Assembly (NCBI GenBank): GCA_903888345.1
Contig: CAISTG010000060.1
Coordinates: 1 to 58,093, forward strand
DNA from: Candidatus Buchananbacteria bacterium
GTDB lineage: Bacteria > Patescibacteriota > Patescibacteriia > 2-01-FULL-39-33
Length of the DNA: 58,093 nucleotides
Reading direction: 5' to 3'
Numbering within the stretch: the stretch's first letter is position 1; every line of letters begins with the position of its first letter. Positions 1 to 9,569 of this stretch are shown in pieces. Position numbers and translations under genes: made by a program. Under the pieces are notes generated by a model. It was given only the letters and a program-made list of their open reading frames with translations, searched no databases and was not told where the DNA came from.

Positions 1-690
1 ATGGTTTCGGGAATTTCTGGAGTGGTAATTGCTTTCTTGTCTTATACGATCTTAAGCCTCATTAGTCCCCAATTATTAATTATTCACATCCCAGCTATTC
101 CTACTATCAAAGACAATTCAGGGATTGATATTAGTGCACAAAAGGCGGCTGCTCTGGGCTATAGCGATCTACCCTCTTCTAAAACCGGCAGCAACCCCAC
201 TAATGTTTCCGGTCTATCAGGATCAAACTTAACTGCCAAACAACCCAACGAAACCGCGGCTCAAGCATTAAGCAGAAATGCTGCTGCTGCCAGAGGCCAA
301 GGCATTGGTAATTCACCCGATACCGCTTATGGAGCAGTCGGTTGCGCTTTAGCGGTCGACAGACTAGTACATGCTACTTACGGATTACCAGATAATGGCT
401 ACAATCTGGGTGTGCCTGGTCTTTACAGCGAATTAACTGGATCAGGAAATTTCCAAGAGGTAGCTGTTACTAGTGCCAATCAACTCAAACCGGGCGATAT
501 CGTTATGTCTATTGATGCACCGAAGCCAGATGGCGGCACTAGATCACATACTGGCGTAGTACAAGCTAATGGTAACATCATTTCTAATTCCTCAGGCAAT
601 AGAACCTTCAGCTGGGAAACAGATTACTCTGGCTGGATTAGTTATTATCCTAATTCCAACAATAATTTTCACGTATTACGACCAAAATAA
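1..690 (+). CDS. 5'-truncated membrane protein: VirB2/pilin-like hydrophobic segment, S/T/N-rich linker, C-terminal NlpC/P60/CHAP-like cysteine amidase domain
   Basis: Begins with GVVIAFLSYTILSLISPQLL (resembles the end of CPR pilin-like domains); C-terminal GCALAV...LKPGDIV...HTGVV...ISNSS has the Cys/His layout of papain-like peptidoglycan hydrolases. The ORF runs to the window edge. Confidence 0.55.
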   Translation: MVSGISGVVIAFLSYTILSLISPQLLIIHIPAIPTIKDNSGIDISAQKAAALGYSDLPSSKTGSNPTNVSGLSGSNLTAKQPNETAAQALSRNAAAARGQGIGNSPDTAYGAVGCALAVDRLVHATYGLPDNGYNLGVPGLYSELTGSGNFQEVAVTSANQLKPGDIVMSIDAPKPDGGTRSHTGVVQANGNIISNSSGNRTFSWETDYSGWISYYPNSNNNFHVLRPK

Positions 691-695
691 AGATC

Positions 696-2018
696 ATGAA
701 AAACAAATTACAAACAATCTTTACTTGTTCTAATTGCGGCGCCCAATATCCGAAATGGCAGGGGCGCTGTTTGGAATGCGGTAAATGGAGCACACTAGTT
801 GAGGAGACGATCAATACCAGTGAACAAACAACCACTAAAAGCGTTAGCGCCGATGAACCGATCGACCTCACTCAACTTTCCAGTCAAAAAGAATTGCGCT
901 TACCCACTAAAATCCAAGAACTTGATCGTGTGCTGGGCGGCGGCTTAGTTCAGGGTGCTTTTATTTTACTTGGTGGCGATCCTGGTATTGGCAAATCCAC
1001 TCTCGCTCTACAACTCGCCCACAACCTTAAAAATATTTTATACATCTCGGGTGAAGAATCAGCCGAGCAAGTTAAATTGCGCGCTGACCGTTTAAAAATT
1101 AATCCGGGGGCTGTTAAATTTTTACCCCAGACCAACCTCGAAAAAATCATCGCTACTGCGATTAGCGCCAAGCCCAGTATTTTAATTATTGACTCCATTC
1201 AAACAATTTCCTCCTTGGAGGCCAGCGGTTCGCCTGGTAGCGTTAGTCAGATTACTGCTTGTGCTGCTAAATTGATGGGATTAGCCAAAACTAATAATAT
1301 TACTATAATAGTGATTGGGCACGTCACTAAAGATGGCCTAGTGGCTGGACCAAAAACTTTAGAGCACTTAGTAGACGTCGTGGTCTATTTAGAGAATGAC
1401 TCTAATGACTACTATAAGATTGCACGAACCATTAAAAACCGTTTCGGTCCAGTCGGCGAAATCGGCGTTTTTGAGATGACAGCGTCGGGACTCGCCGAAA
1501 TCAGCGATCCCACCTCTATTTTTATCGACAAAGAAATTAATACCGCCAATCCCGGCGTCGCCATGACCATGATTATGGAAGGTAGCCGATCGTTCTTAAT
1601 CGAAGTTCAGGCCCTTAATACCAAAACTATCTTCGGTTATCCCCAACGCCGCGCTACCGGCTTTGACTTGAACCGCCTGCAAATTTTACTAGCTGTTATT
1701 AGCAAATATACCAAAATCAATTTAGGTGCTCATGATATTTATTTAAACGTTGTTGGTGGCTTTAAAATTAAAGATACGGCCGCGGACCTCGCCGTTATTG
1801 GCGCCATCTTATCGGCCTATTTTGAGGTGCCGGTTCCTAAACAAACGCTGATCTTGGGTGAAGTAGGACTATCTGGGGAAGTTAGAACTGTCTCGCAAAT
1901 CGACAAAAGGATTAAAGAAGCAGAGCGACTTGGTTTCCAGAATTTCTTGGTCGCCGATCATAAAAAAGCTAACAGTATCAACAATATCAATGAGATAATC
2001 AAGCTATTTAAAAAATAA
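696..2018 (+). CDS. radA: DNA repair protein RadA/Sms
   Basis: C4 zinc finger (CSNC..CLEC), Walker A GGDPGIGKST, KNRFG motif, Lon-like C-terminus (GEVGLSGEVR). Confidence 0.97.
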   Translation: MKNKLQTIFTCSNCGAQYPKWQGRCLECGKWSTLVEETINTSEQTTTKSVSADEPIDLTQLSSQKELRLPTKIQELDRVLGGGLVQGAFILLGGDPGIGKSTLALQLAHNLKNILYISGEESAEQVKLRADRLKINPGAVKFLPQTNLEKIIATAISAKPSILIIDSIQTISSLEASGSPGSVSQITACAAKLMGLAKTNNITIIVIGHVTKDGLVAGPKTLEHLVDVVVYLENDSNDYYKIARTIKNRFGPVGEIGVFEMTASGLAEISDPTSIFIDKEINTANPGVAMTMIMEGSRSFLIEVQALNTKTIFGYPQRRATGFDLNRLQILLAVISKYTKINLGAHDIYLNVVGGFKIKDTAADLAVIGAILSAYFEVPVPKQTLILGEVGLSGEVRTVSQIDKRIKEAERLGFQNFLVADHKKANSINNINEIIKLFKK

Positions 2019-2020
2019 GC

Positions 2021-2049
2021 TTGACAAAAAATATAAAATAGTCTATACT
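2021..2049 (+). promoter_or_regulatory. sigma70-type promoter for the 2099 ORF
   Basis: TTGACA (2021-2026), 17-bp spacer, TATACT (2044-2049). Confidence 0.8.
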
Positions 2050-2098
2050 TAAAAATCATCATTATTAACAATAAGACAACTACTGGAGGAAATCACTA

Positions 2099-2431
2099 AT
2101 GATGCATCACCTGGATTATGAACGTCGTGAAGCAGTTTATGGGCAAGATAACGCCAAAAGACTCAAACGTCTGGCGGTCTTATTTTCAATCGTAGATATT
2201 TTGGTACTAATAAAAATGGCCTACAATTTCTTTTTCGGAGCCTACCTTGATGATCAGTTAGTACCGATTTTCTGGACAACTATCTTTGTTGTCGCCGGAC
2301 TCATTCTTTTGTTTCTTAACCGCAAACTTCATAACATTCAGAAAGAGATAAAAGAAGAAATTAAGGCAATCGACAAGGCGCGGTTAAATGCACGTCGTCT
2401 CGAGCGCAAAAAACAGGGTTTGGACTTTTAG
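2099..2431 (+). CDS. hypothetical 2-TM membrane protein with basic coiled-coil tail
   Basis: 110-aa ORF with its own promoter, GGAGGA SD at 2085-2090, two hydrophobic helices and a downstream terminator. Confidence 0.75.
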   Translation: MMHHLDYERREAVYGQDNAKRLKRLAVLFSIVDILVLIKMAYNFFFGAYLDDQLVPIFWTTIFVVAGLILLFLNRKLHNIQKEIKEEIKAIDKARLNARRLERKKQGLDF

Positions 2432-2452
2432 CGGATTTTTATCCGCTTTTTT
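2430..2452 (+). terminator. intrinsic terminator
   Basis: AGCGGAT-tttt-ATCCGCT followed by a T run. Confidence 0.75.
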
Positions 2453-2458
2453 ATTTGT

Positions 2459-2487
2459 AAAAAAATTGCCAACCGAAGTTGACAATT
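2459..2487 (-). terminator. intrinsic terminator downstream of recG
   Basis: Minus strand AATTGTCAAC-TTCG-GTTGGCAATT then a T run; UUCG tetraloop. Confidence 0.8.
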
Positions 2488-2618
2488 AAAAAATTATAGA
2501 ACGATATGATAGCTATATACCAAAATGACTATTTTGTGCCATAATACATCATCCTTTGCTGTTTGCCGGCGATTCATTAACCTTCGGGAAAAGCCAAGTA
2601 ATCTGAAATTCAGATATA

Positions 2619-4685
2619 TTATTCCAAGTGCAAAACCGATCCTAGCTCACTAACCTGTCGCTGTAATTCCGAATAATTTCGGAGTTCGAAATTACTATTA
2701 AAGTATATAACCGATTCTTGAACGCGGCGCAATAACGCGACATCACGGAAATCAGCCAGACGCAAATATTTAAAAAATCCCGATTGTTCTTCTCCAAAAA
2801 TACTACCACCACCGCGGACCGACAAATCATATTCAGACAACTTAAAACCATCAGAACAACTAGCCAAAAAATTCAGGCGCTCCAACGTTTTTTCTTCGTC
2901 ATTATCGGAAAATAGAAAACAAAAAGATTGATGCTCGCCGCGACCAACGCGACCACGAAATTGATGCAATTGCGCCAAACCAAAACGATCGGCCCCTTCA
3001 ATCATCATGACGGTGGCATTAGGAACATCAACGCCAACCTCCACTACAGAAGTTGACACTAAAATCTTAATTTCATTATTATTGAATCGGCGCATCACCT
3101 CTTCCTTATCATCGCTCTTTAAGCGACCGTGCAATAAGCCAACACTAATATCAGGAAATATTTGTTGGTCTAATTTCTCATGCTCCTCTAAAACCGAGCG
3201 GAAGCCCAACTTGTCTGACGGATCAATCAGTGGACAAATAACAAACACCTGACGACCAGCAATAATTTGCTGATTGATAAACTCATAGGCGGCTAGACGT
3301 TTAGTTGCCGGCACTACTTTGGTTATAATGGGCTGTCGTCCTGCTGGCATTTGCTTGATTACTGAAATATCTAAATCACCAAACAACACTAAAGACAACG
3401 AACGTGGAATTGGTGTTGCGGTTAGTGAGAGAAAATGTGGAATTAAATTGTGCGGATTTTTTTCTTTTAAAATTTGTCGCTGTTTAACGCCAAAGCGATG
3501 TTGTTCATCAATCACGACTAAGCCTAAATTAGAAAAATTTACTTTTTTTTGAATCAAGGCATGCGTACCAATAATTATTTGCGCCTCGCCGTTGCCGATT
3601 TTTTCTAACAACTCTGCCGCCTTAACCGGTTCGCCGTTGTAATATTTTTGGGAACCAGTAAGCAAGGCATGATTAATTTTAAATGGCGCCAATAATTTAG
3701 CCAAGTTAAAGTAATGTTGATAAGCCAAAATTTCTGTTGGCGCCATTAACACTGATTGTAAATTATTTAAGGCAGTATTGTACATCGCCAGTAAAGCGAC
3801 CAAAGTCTTACCCGAACCGACATCACCATCCAATAAACGGTTCATGGGACTGGTCTTTTTCAAATCCTTCAAAATTTCCCATGCCGCACGTTTTTGATCT
3901 GCCGTCATCTCAAACGGTAGGGCCTGAACAAATTCCTTAATTGCCGCTTCTCTAAATTCTATTGCCGGGGCTTGGTTTTTTTCTAATTCCGCTCGCAAAT
4001 TAATTGACCAGAGCCGCAAGATAAACAATTCATCAAAAGCCAACCGTGCTTTCGCCGCCGTAAGTAACTCCATGGTTTCCGGAAAATGGATTTGTTTAAT
4101 TGCCGTCGGTAAATCTACCAATTGCTCTTTCTCAATTAATTCTTTTGGTAAAATTTCGGCACTAGTCGGTAATTCCTCTAAGGCACGCTTAATAAGTAGT
4201 CGCAATTGTTTGACCGTTAATCCAGCCACTAGTGAATACATCGGTAAAATGCCAAGTGGCGGTGGCGTCTGCTGACCAATAACCTCAAATTCCGGATTCA
4301 TTAAGGATTGATCAAAACCACCGCCATCAACTTTACCCCAGGCCATTAATCGTATTCCGGGGCGCAGATTTTTTGTTAACCAGGGCTGATTAAACCAAAC
4401 TATTTTCACGGATCCACTATCATCAGTAAGCAGTGCTTCAGTAACTATTTGTCGTCTTCGTTTACTGCGACGACTAGAAATTAATTCGATTTTACCAACA
4501 ACAGTAACTGATGTTTCTGGTTGCAACTCACCTATCTTCAATATTTTAGAGTAGTCGAGATATTTATAGGGATAATAAAAAATGAGATCGCGAACGGTCT
4601 CAATTTTTATTTTTTTGAGTCGACCCAACAAGGCCGTGCCGACTCCGGTTAATTGATCAACTTTAGTTTCTAAAGTAATGGACAT
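2619..4685 (-). CDS. recG: ATP-dependent DNA helicase RecG
   Basis: OB-fold wedge domain, RLLDGDVGSGKT, DEQHRFG, TATPIPRSL, QLHQFRGRVGRG. Start reset to MSITLE (4685) because the longer ORF runs into a tRNA. Confidence 0.96.
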   Translation of the reverse strand: MSITLETKVDQLTGVGTALLGRLKKIKIETVRDLIFYYPYKYLDYSKILKIGELQPETSVTVVGKIELISSRRSKRRRQIVTEALLTDDSGSVKIVWFNQPWLTKNLRPGIRLMAWGKVDGGGFDQSLMNPEFEVIGQQTPPPLGILPMYSLVAGLTVKQLRLLIKRALEELPTSAEILPKELIEKEQLVDLPTAIKQIHFPETMELLTAAKARLAFDELFILRLWSINLRAELEKNQAPAIEFREAAIKEFVQALPFEMTADQKRAAWEILKDLKKTSPMNRLLDGDVGSGKTLVALLAMYNTALNNLQSVLMAPTEILAYQHYFNLAKLLAPFKINHALLTGSQKYYNGEPVKAAELLEKIGNGEAQIIIGTHALIQKKVNFSNLGLVVIDEQHRFGVKQRQILKEKNPHNLIPHFLSLTATPIPRSLSLVLFGDLDISVIKQMPAGRQPIITKVVPATKRLAAYEFINQQIIAGRQVFVICPLIDPSDKLGFRSVLEEHEKLDQQIFPDISVGLLHGRLKSDDKEEVMRRFNNNEIKILVSTSVVEVGVDVPNATVMMIEGADRFGLAQLHQFRGRVGRGEHQSFCFLFSDNDEEKTLERLNFLASCSDGFKLSEYDLSVRGGGSIFGEEQSGFFKYLRLADFRDVALLRRVQESVIYFNSNFELRNYSELQRQVSELGSVLHLE

Positions 4686-4689
4686 AAAT

Positions 4690-4765
4690 TGGTGTACCCG
4701 GCGGGATTTGAACCTGCGACCTACAGCTCCGCAAGCTGGCGCTCTATCCACTGAGCTACGGGTAC
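4690..4765 (-). tRNA. tRNA-Arg (anticodon GCG)
   Basis: GTACCCG acceptor stem, TAGCTCAGTGGATAGAGC D-arm, anticodon loop TT-GCG-GA, GGTTCAAATCC T-arm, encoded CCA. Confidence 0.93.
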
Positions 4766-4792
4766 TAAATATTGACGGCTTCGATTAGTAAA

Positions 4793-5299
4793 TTATAAAC
4801 GCAGAAATTTTCGTAACTGCTCCGATAACGGTTCGGCTTCACGCTCTAAATCCTCATTCAAAAAATTTAATAAATATTCCCTAATGGCCACCGCATTTTG
4901 ATCATCTAACGGAACAATCAAGCGACCATGAAATGGATTCTTAAAATCAAAATAAAGATTTTTAATGCCACCAGCACGATAAACGATAAAAAAATTATCA
5001 ATCTGGCGGTAGAAGTAAAAATTTTCTCCTGATTTAATGCCCTCGGCAGTAATAACAAAATCAACTAAAGCGGACGGACGACTCTCATACATTAAGACTA
5101 TCAAGAAGAACAAGACTAAAAAAATCGCAAAAAAATAATTTTTGTCATAGATAGACCAAGCAACCCCCAAAATTAAAAGGATGGTGGCAATGATGTACCA
5201 ACGTCGATCTTTAGTATAGTTTATGTAGTCAGGATGTTGCCAAGAGAAGATCACTTGACTTAATTGAGTGTTAGCATCGCTAACATTAGTTGTATCCAT
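4793..5299 (-). CDS. conserved hypothetical membrane protein (2 TM plus PH-like domain, DUF5673-like)
   Basis: W..P.Y..Y.K..RWY motif before two TM helices, then a soluble domain; family named from recall only. Confidence 0.7.
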   Translation of the reverse strand: MDTTNVSDANTQLSQVIFSWQHPDYINYTKDRRWYIIATILLILGVAWSIYDKNYFFAIFLVLFFLIVLMYESRPSALVDFVITAEGIKSGENFYFYRQIDNFFIVYRAGGIKNLYFDFKNPFHGRLIVPLDDQNAVAIREYLLNFLNEDLEREAEPLSEQLRKFLRL

Positions 5300-5325
5300 A
5301 TTTTTTTAAATGATCTTGTTACTAT

Positions 5326-5412
5326 CGGAGAGGGCGAGATTCGAACTCGCGGTCCTTTTAAGGGGACTTCAGTTTTCAAGACTGACGCATTCAACCGCTC
5401 TGCCACCTCTCC
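5326..5412 (-). tRNA. tRNA-Ser (TGA)
   Basis: GGAGAGG acceptor, anticodon arm TCAGT-CT TGA AA-ACTGA, long variable arm, GTTCGAATC; CCA not encoded. Confidence 0.95.
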
Positions 5413-5444
5413 TTACTTCTTGCTACTAGATTTTAATTTACCTT

Positions 5445-5535
5445 CGGAGAAGGGGGGATTCGAACCCCCGGAACGCCCATATAGACGTTCAACGGTTTAG
5501 CAAACCGTCGCTTTCAGCCACTCAGCCACCTCTCC
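5445..5535 (-). tRNA. tRNA-Ser (GCT)
   Basis: GGAGAGG acceptor, anticodon arm ACGGT-TT GCT AA-ACCGT, long variable arm, GGTTCGAATCC. Confidence 0.95.
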
Positions 5536-5611
5536 CTATCGTTATCTAAATTTAACCTATTGGCCGTTTACCGGACCAATTCTAAAAGTTGTAATTGTTA
5601 ACAGCGCTAAT

Positions 5612-5640
5612 ATTTTAACACAAAGGAAAGGATTTTGCAA
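5612..5640 (-). promoter_or_regulatory. sigma70 promoter for the tRNA-Ser/tRNA-Arg/recG unit
   Basis: TTGCAA-17bp-TAAAAT with an extended -10 TG. Confidence 0.7.
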
Positions 5641-5661
5641 ATATCTTAATTTACGGGGAAT

Positions 5662-6363
5662 TTAAGCACGACTAACGGCCAAAACAATGCAGTCTATTTT
5701 TTTAAAGCCAAATTTAGACAATTCAGCTGCCGCTTCTAGGGCTGTTGATCCGGTAGTATAGACATCATCAATTAATACTAATTCCCTGCCCCAGCTGGCA
5801 GCTAACTCCCGATAATTAACTGCAAAAATTCCCCTGACATTAGCTAAGCGGTCAATTCCACTTAATTCGGCTTGGGGTGGATTATTAACTCTTCTCAATA
5901 ATAGCTGACTGTTCACGCTACTAGCTGACTCTTGTGCAAATATTTCAGCGATTAATGCTGATTGATTGAAACCGCGGCGTAATAATTTCTGATGATGTAA
6001 GGGAATAGGAATAAAGAACTTACCAGTCACCGCTTCTGGATTACGTCGACAAAAATCTTTAATTCTTATCCGCCAAAATTCTTCGATTAAGCCAGTGACA
6101 TATTTATACTTAATTTCCGTAATCAAAACAGCGATATGGGAGTCGTGATAATCAGCCAACGACCACAGTCGTCTAATTGCACTATGTTGCTTTTGACATT
6201 CACTAGTTTTACAAATAGGACAAAGACTAACAGTGCTGGTTATAATTTTATTATCACACAAGGGACAAACAAAACTACCAGTAATACCACAACCAATGCA
6301 ATGACGAGGGAATAATAAACCACCAATGGCCGCAATTTGGTTATTTCCAGGCCACGCCATCAA
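5662..6363 (-). CDS. comF: ComF family competence protein (double zinc ribbon plus PRTase)
   Basis: LFPRHCIGC..VCPLC..CPIC, PIPLH..RGFNQS, LIDDVYTTGST. Confidence 0.93.
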   Translation of the reverse strand: MMAWPGNNQIAAIGGLLFPRHCIGCGITGSFVCPLCDNKIITSTVSLCPICKTSECQKQHSAIRRLWSLADYHDSHIAVLITEIKYKYVTGLIEEFWRIRIKDFCRRNPEAVTGKFFIPIPLHHQKLLRRGFNQSALIAEIFAQESASSVNSQLLLRRVNNPPQAELSGIDRLANVRGIFAVNYRELAASWGRELVLIDDVYTTGSTALEAAAELSKFGFKKIDCIVLAVSRA

Positions 6364-6907
6364 TTTTCCATTCGTTATTTAGCATAACCGCCGTCAATTC
6401 TAAATCTGCCAAAAAAGTTTTTGTCTCTTGGCTGGAACCGACGGTTTGGGTACGTTGGGTTTTTACTAAGACCGTTGCATTAGTAGCATTAGAACTAACT
6501 AGCTGCAAAGACAGTGCCTTAGTAGAGAAGCCAATAAAGGCAGTGGTCGAGGCCACATCAGCCTGAATTCTATTAGCTAAGGATTTGGTCATAAACGATT
6601 GCAAGTCAGCTAAGTTCTTGGTTGGCTCATCACTCGAATAACTGCCATATCGCTCAGCAAAAGACATAGCTAACTGGCGCAAACCCAAGGGATAACTCTT
6701 ATCTTCCTTAAGCCGCTCTGCGGTTGCTGGCAATACTACTGGTGGCTCATAAACGCCACCACTAACCGTAGAGGTTGCTGCTACCGGCTGATTATTAACA
6801 ACAGTTGGCTGTGGTCGTAAAAACCACCACGCGATTAACGCGACAATAACAATAAAGGCGAGACCTAAAGAACCAAATATAATTAATCTGCGTTGTTCGT
6901 CTGACAT
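6341..6907 (-). CDS. single-TM protein with probable NTF2-like (VirB8/TcpC-like) domain
   Basis: N-terminal TM, A.SFAERYGSYS helix, beta-rich end finishing WKIDGVAW; directly downstream of virB4. Confidence 0.55.
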   Translation of the reverse strand: MSDEQRRLIIFGSLGLAFIVIVALIAWWFLRPQPTVVNNQPVAATSTVSGGVYEPPVVLPATAERLKEDKSYPLGLRQLAMSFAERYGSYSSDEPTKNLADLQSFMTKSLANRIQADVASTTAFIGFSTKALSLQLVSSNATNATVLVKTQRTQTVGSSQETKTFLADLELTAVMLNNEWKIDGVAWK

Positions 6908-6942
6908 AATATGAAATGATTATTAAATTGTTTATGATCAAT

Positions 6943-8868
6943 CTATGCCGGTTCTTCTTGATTGCCTTGCATCGCCTCAGAAAATTCTTTTTTGGCCTGT
7001 TCGATTTCCAGCAGCTGTCGCGGATCAGAGGTAATTAATTGATCTTCGGAATAAGAAGCGATCGTCTTAATGGCCACATGCTTAGCGCCAGCAAAGAAAA
7101 TCCCCTCGCCCACGCCACATTCTAACAGCAAATATTTCTCACCCTCAGTTAATAAGAAGGTTTTCTGAATCAAATCAATGGCGGCAGTGGATTGTTTTAA
7201 TAATAGTTGTAAAGCCGAGTTATTAATAATCGCCTGCCCGTAAGGTGAGGTTAAGAAATCATTAACATCCTGAGTGATCGTCGTCACGCCCAAATAATAT
7301 TTGCGGCAGCGTTTAACTAGGGCAAAAATGAACTTGGCCGAGTCTTCGCGTTGCATCAACCACCACGCCTCATCCACCACCAAAATTCTCTTTTTTAATT
7401 CGCTGCGAACAACATTCCAAATATAATTAACAATCATGTAGATAGCGAGTGGCTTTAACTCGTCTTCTAAATCACGTACCGAAAAAACTACTAACTGATT
7501 ATCCAATTTAACATTAGTCGGATTATTCAATAAGCCAGCAAAAGTGCCTTCGGTATATTTCTTCAAACGAATAACAATATTATCAGCGCCCTCCATACCT
7601 TCTAAAATATCCTGAAAATCCTGCATCACTGGTGGCTCCACATAACGCAAATCCGCCTCGGGCGTAATATCTTTTTTAGCATAAGTTTCCAACAACGCGC
7701 GATCAATAATCGAATCTTCCTCCGGTGTCGCATCGCCAATCATTAAACGAACTAAACCTTTGACCGTAATAACAGCATTTCTAATAATATCGGCGGGCTT
7801 CGCATCCTCACCAATAGCGCGCGGCAAATCAAAAGGATTAATTTTGGCTTCCGAATTCAGTGAAATATTAATATAGGTGCCACCAACCGCTTCACATAAA
7901 TGACTGTATTCGCGTTCCGGATCAATAATAATAACATCCGTACCAAACATCATCGAGCGCAACACCTCCAATTTAACCGCGTAAGATTTACCAGACCCCG
8001 CCTGAGCAAACACCACCATATTAGCATTTTGCATCGAGAAGCGATCAAAGAGTATCAAACTGTTGTTGTGACGATTAATGCCATACAAAATTCCCTTATC
8101 TGAAGTTAAATCAGATGAAACAAAGGGAAACGATGAGGCCGCCGGTGACGAATTCATATTAATAAACACCTGCAATTCATCAAACGACATTGGCAACGTA
8201 GAATTAAAGCCTTGTTCGGCTTGATAAAATACGCGACGCGAATAAATCAAGGTCTGTCCAAAAAAATTCTCTAATCGTTCGGAAGTTTGATCCAACTCCT
8301 CTAGCGTTTTCGCGTACAAAGTTACATAAAGCGAAATCTGAAAAAAATGTTCAATTCCTTGCGTTAAATCATCACGTAATTTTTCCATGTCCCGCAAAGC
8401 AGTTTCGGCCAAGGGATCACGCGGCGCGCCTTTTTCAGCCGCCCCCACAATTCCCGCCTCTAACACACCCACTTTTTTCTTAAGTTGTTTTAAAATTACC
8501 GAGGATTTAACGGGATAAAAATACAAAGCAATATCTGCCGTAATATCCATATTAATAATCGGCGCAAACCAACCAACTGAAATATACCTCGGATATTCAA
8601 AGACAAATATCGTACGGACAAACTGTTCGCCCAATTTCAAATAAGATGGATTAATTTCCATCGCTACTGGCGAAATCAAATCGCGAACTGTCACAATGCC
8701 CCGACGGTAAATTTTCTCTTCCTCCAACATTTCTTTGGAGGTTTCAATCGCTTTGATTTCTTGTTGCTTCAGTTGTGCCGAAGTCGGTTGCGGCGCGACC
8801 TTAAAACCACTGACTGGTGGTGGCGGCGGGAAATTATTATTTTGTTGTAGGTCTTGTGGTTCAAACAT
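6943..8868 (-). CDS. virB4: VirB4-family type IV secretion ATPase
   Basis: Walker A AQAGSGKS, IIDPEREY, INPFD, Walker B LVVDEAW, RCRKY..ITQ. Confidence 0.92.
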   Translation of the reverse strand: MFEPQDLQQNNNFPPPPPVSGFKVAPQPTSAQLKQQEIKAIETSKEMLEEEKIYRRGIVTVRDLISPVAMEINPSYLKLGEQFVRTIFVFEYPRYISVGWFAPIINMDITADIALYFYPVKSSVILKQLKKKVGVLEAGIVGAAEKGAPRDPLAETALRDMEKLRDDLTQGIEHFFQISLYVTLYAKTLEELDQTSERLENFFGQTLIYSRRVFYQAEQGFNSTLPMSFDELQVFINMNSSPAASSFPFVSSDLTSDKGILYGINRHNNSLILFDRFSMQNANMVVFAQAGSGKSYAVKLEVLRSMMFGTDVIIIDPEREYSHLCEAVGGTYINISLNSEAKINPFDLPRAIGEDAKPADIIRNAVITVKGLVRLMIGDATPEEDSIIDRALLETYAKKDITPEADLRYVEPPVMQDFQDILEGMEGADNIVIRLKKYTEGTFAGLLNNPTNVKLDNQLVVFSVRDLEDELKPLAIYMIVNYIWNVVRSELKKRILVVDEAWWLMQREDSAKFIFALVKRCRKYYLGVTTITQDVNDFLTSPYGQAIINNSALQLLLKQSTAAIDLIQKTFLLTEGEKYLLLECGVGEGIFFAGAKHVAIKTIASYSEDQLITSDPRQLLEIEQAKKEFSEAMQGNQEEPA

Positions 8869-8871
8869 AAA

Positions 8872-9552
8872 TTACATGGTAGTTTCCATCATTAATTTAT
8901 TAATGTCCTCGAGTTTTTCGTTACGAGCGACTGTGGGATTATAAGTATTATAAAATAATTCAATTAACGACTGTGTATCGAGCACCTGCGAACGCAAGCC
9001 CATACTCGCCAAGCCACTTAAAATCTTATCCACCACAATAAACAGTTCTTTTTGACGGGAGAGAAAGATTTTTTGGCTGACACTAACTACGCCCGTTGGT
9101 GAAGCCACATCGCCAACCCGCTGCCAGAAACTGCGACCCTTGGACTGAAATGGCTCATATGGCACGATTACATAAAAACGTTTAGTCATAATATTGCCCA
9201 TTTGCACTAGTTCTGTCACATACTGACGATATTCGGTCATTTGAATTTTTAGCAAATCATTAGTCTGATGCGCCTCCGCTTCTTTCAGATAATTCAGATA
9301 TTGTTCTAAATCTAATTGGCGCGATTGAATTAAAATCTGTAATGGTAGATCCAATGAGTTTAAAAAACTAACATAAGCAGAAATAATCGCATTTTGCTCG
9401 TCGTCAGACTTCAGGGCAAAATTAATTGAGGAAACCAAAAGCACAGCCCGTAAGGAGCCATCTTTCATGATCACTACATCATCCTTAATCTCAGCAATCT
9501 GTAAATATTTCTGAGTTGAGGGAGTCGCTTTAGTTGCACTTCGATTTGCCAT
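8872..9552 (-). CDS. TraC-like protein (VirB4 N-terminal-like partner)
   Basis: LRAVLLVSSINFALKS.DEQ.AII..Y..FLNSL..P.QI; lies between prgI and virB4. Confidence 0.75.
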   Translation of the reverse strand: MANRSATKATPSTQKYLQIAEIKDDVVIMKDGSLRAVLLVSSINFALKSDDEQNAIISAYVSFLNSLDLPLQILIQSRQLDLEQYLNYLKEAEAHQTNDLLKIQMTEYRQYVTELVQMGNIMTKRFYVIVPYEPFQSKGRSFWQRVGDVASPTGVVSVSQKIFLSRQKELFIVVDKILSGLASMGLRSQVLDTQSLIELFYNTYNPTVARNEKLEDINKLMMETTM

Positions 9553-9569
9553 AATAATTTAAATAAATA

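Noticed and set aside
2494..2577. 27-codon minus-strand ORF (MNRRQTAKDDVLWHKIVILVYSYHIVL) between recG and its terminator
   Set aside because: Too short, with no well-spaced RBS or recognisable motif; cannot be supported without conservation data.
4686..4751. N-terminal extension of RecG in the ORF track (MDRAPACG...)
   Set aside because: It is the tRNA-Arg sequence read in frame; the real start is 4685.
5264..5500. 78-aa plus-strand ORF
   Set aside because: Antisense to two tRNA-Ser genes.
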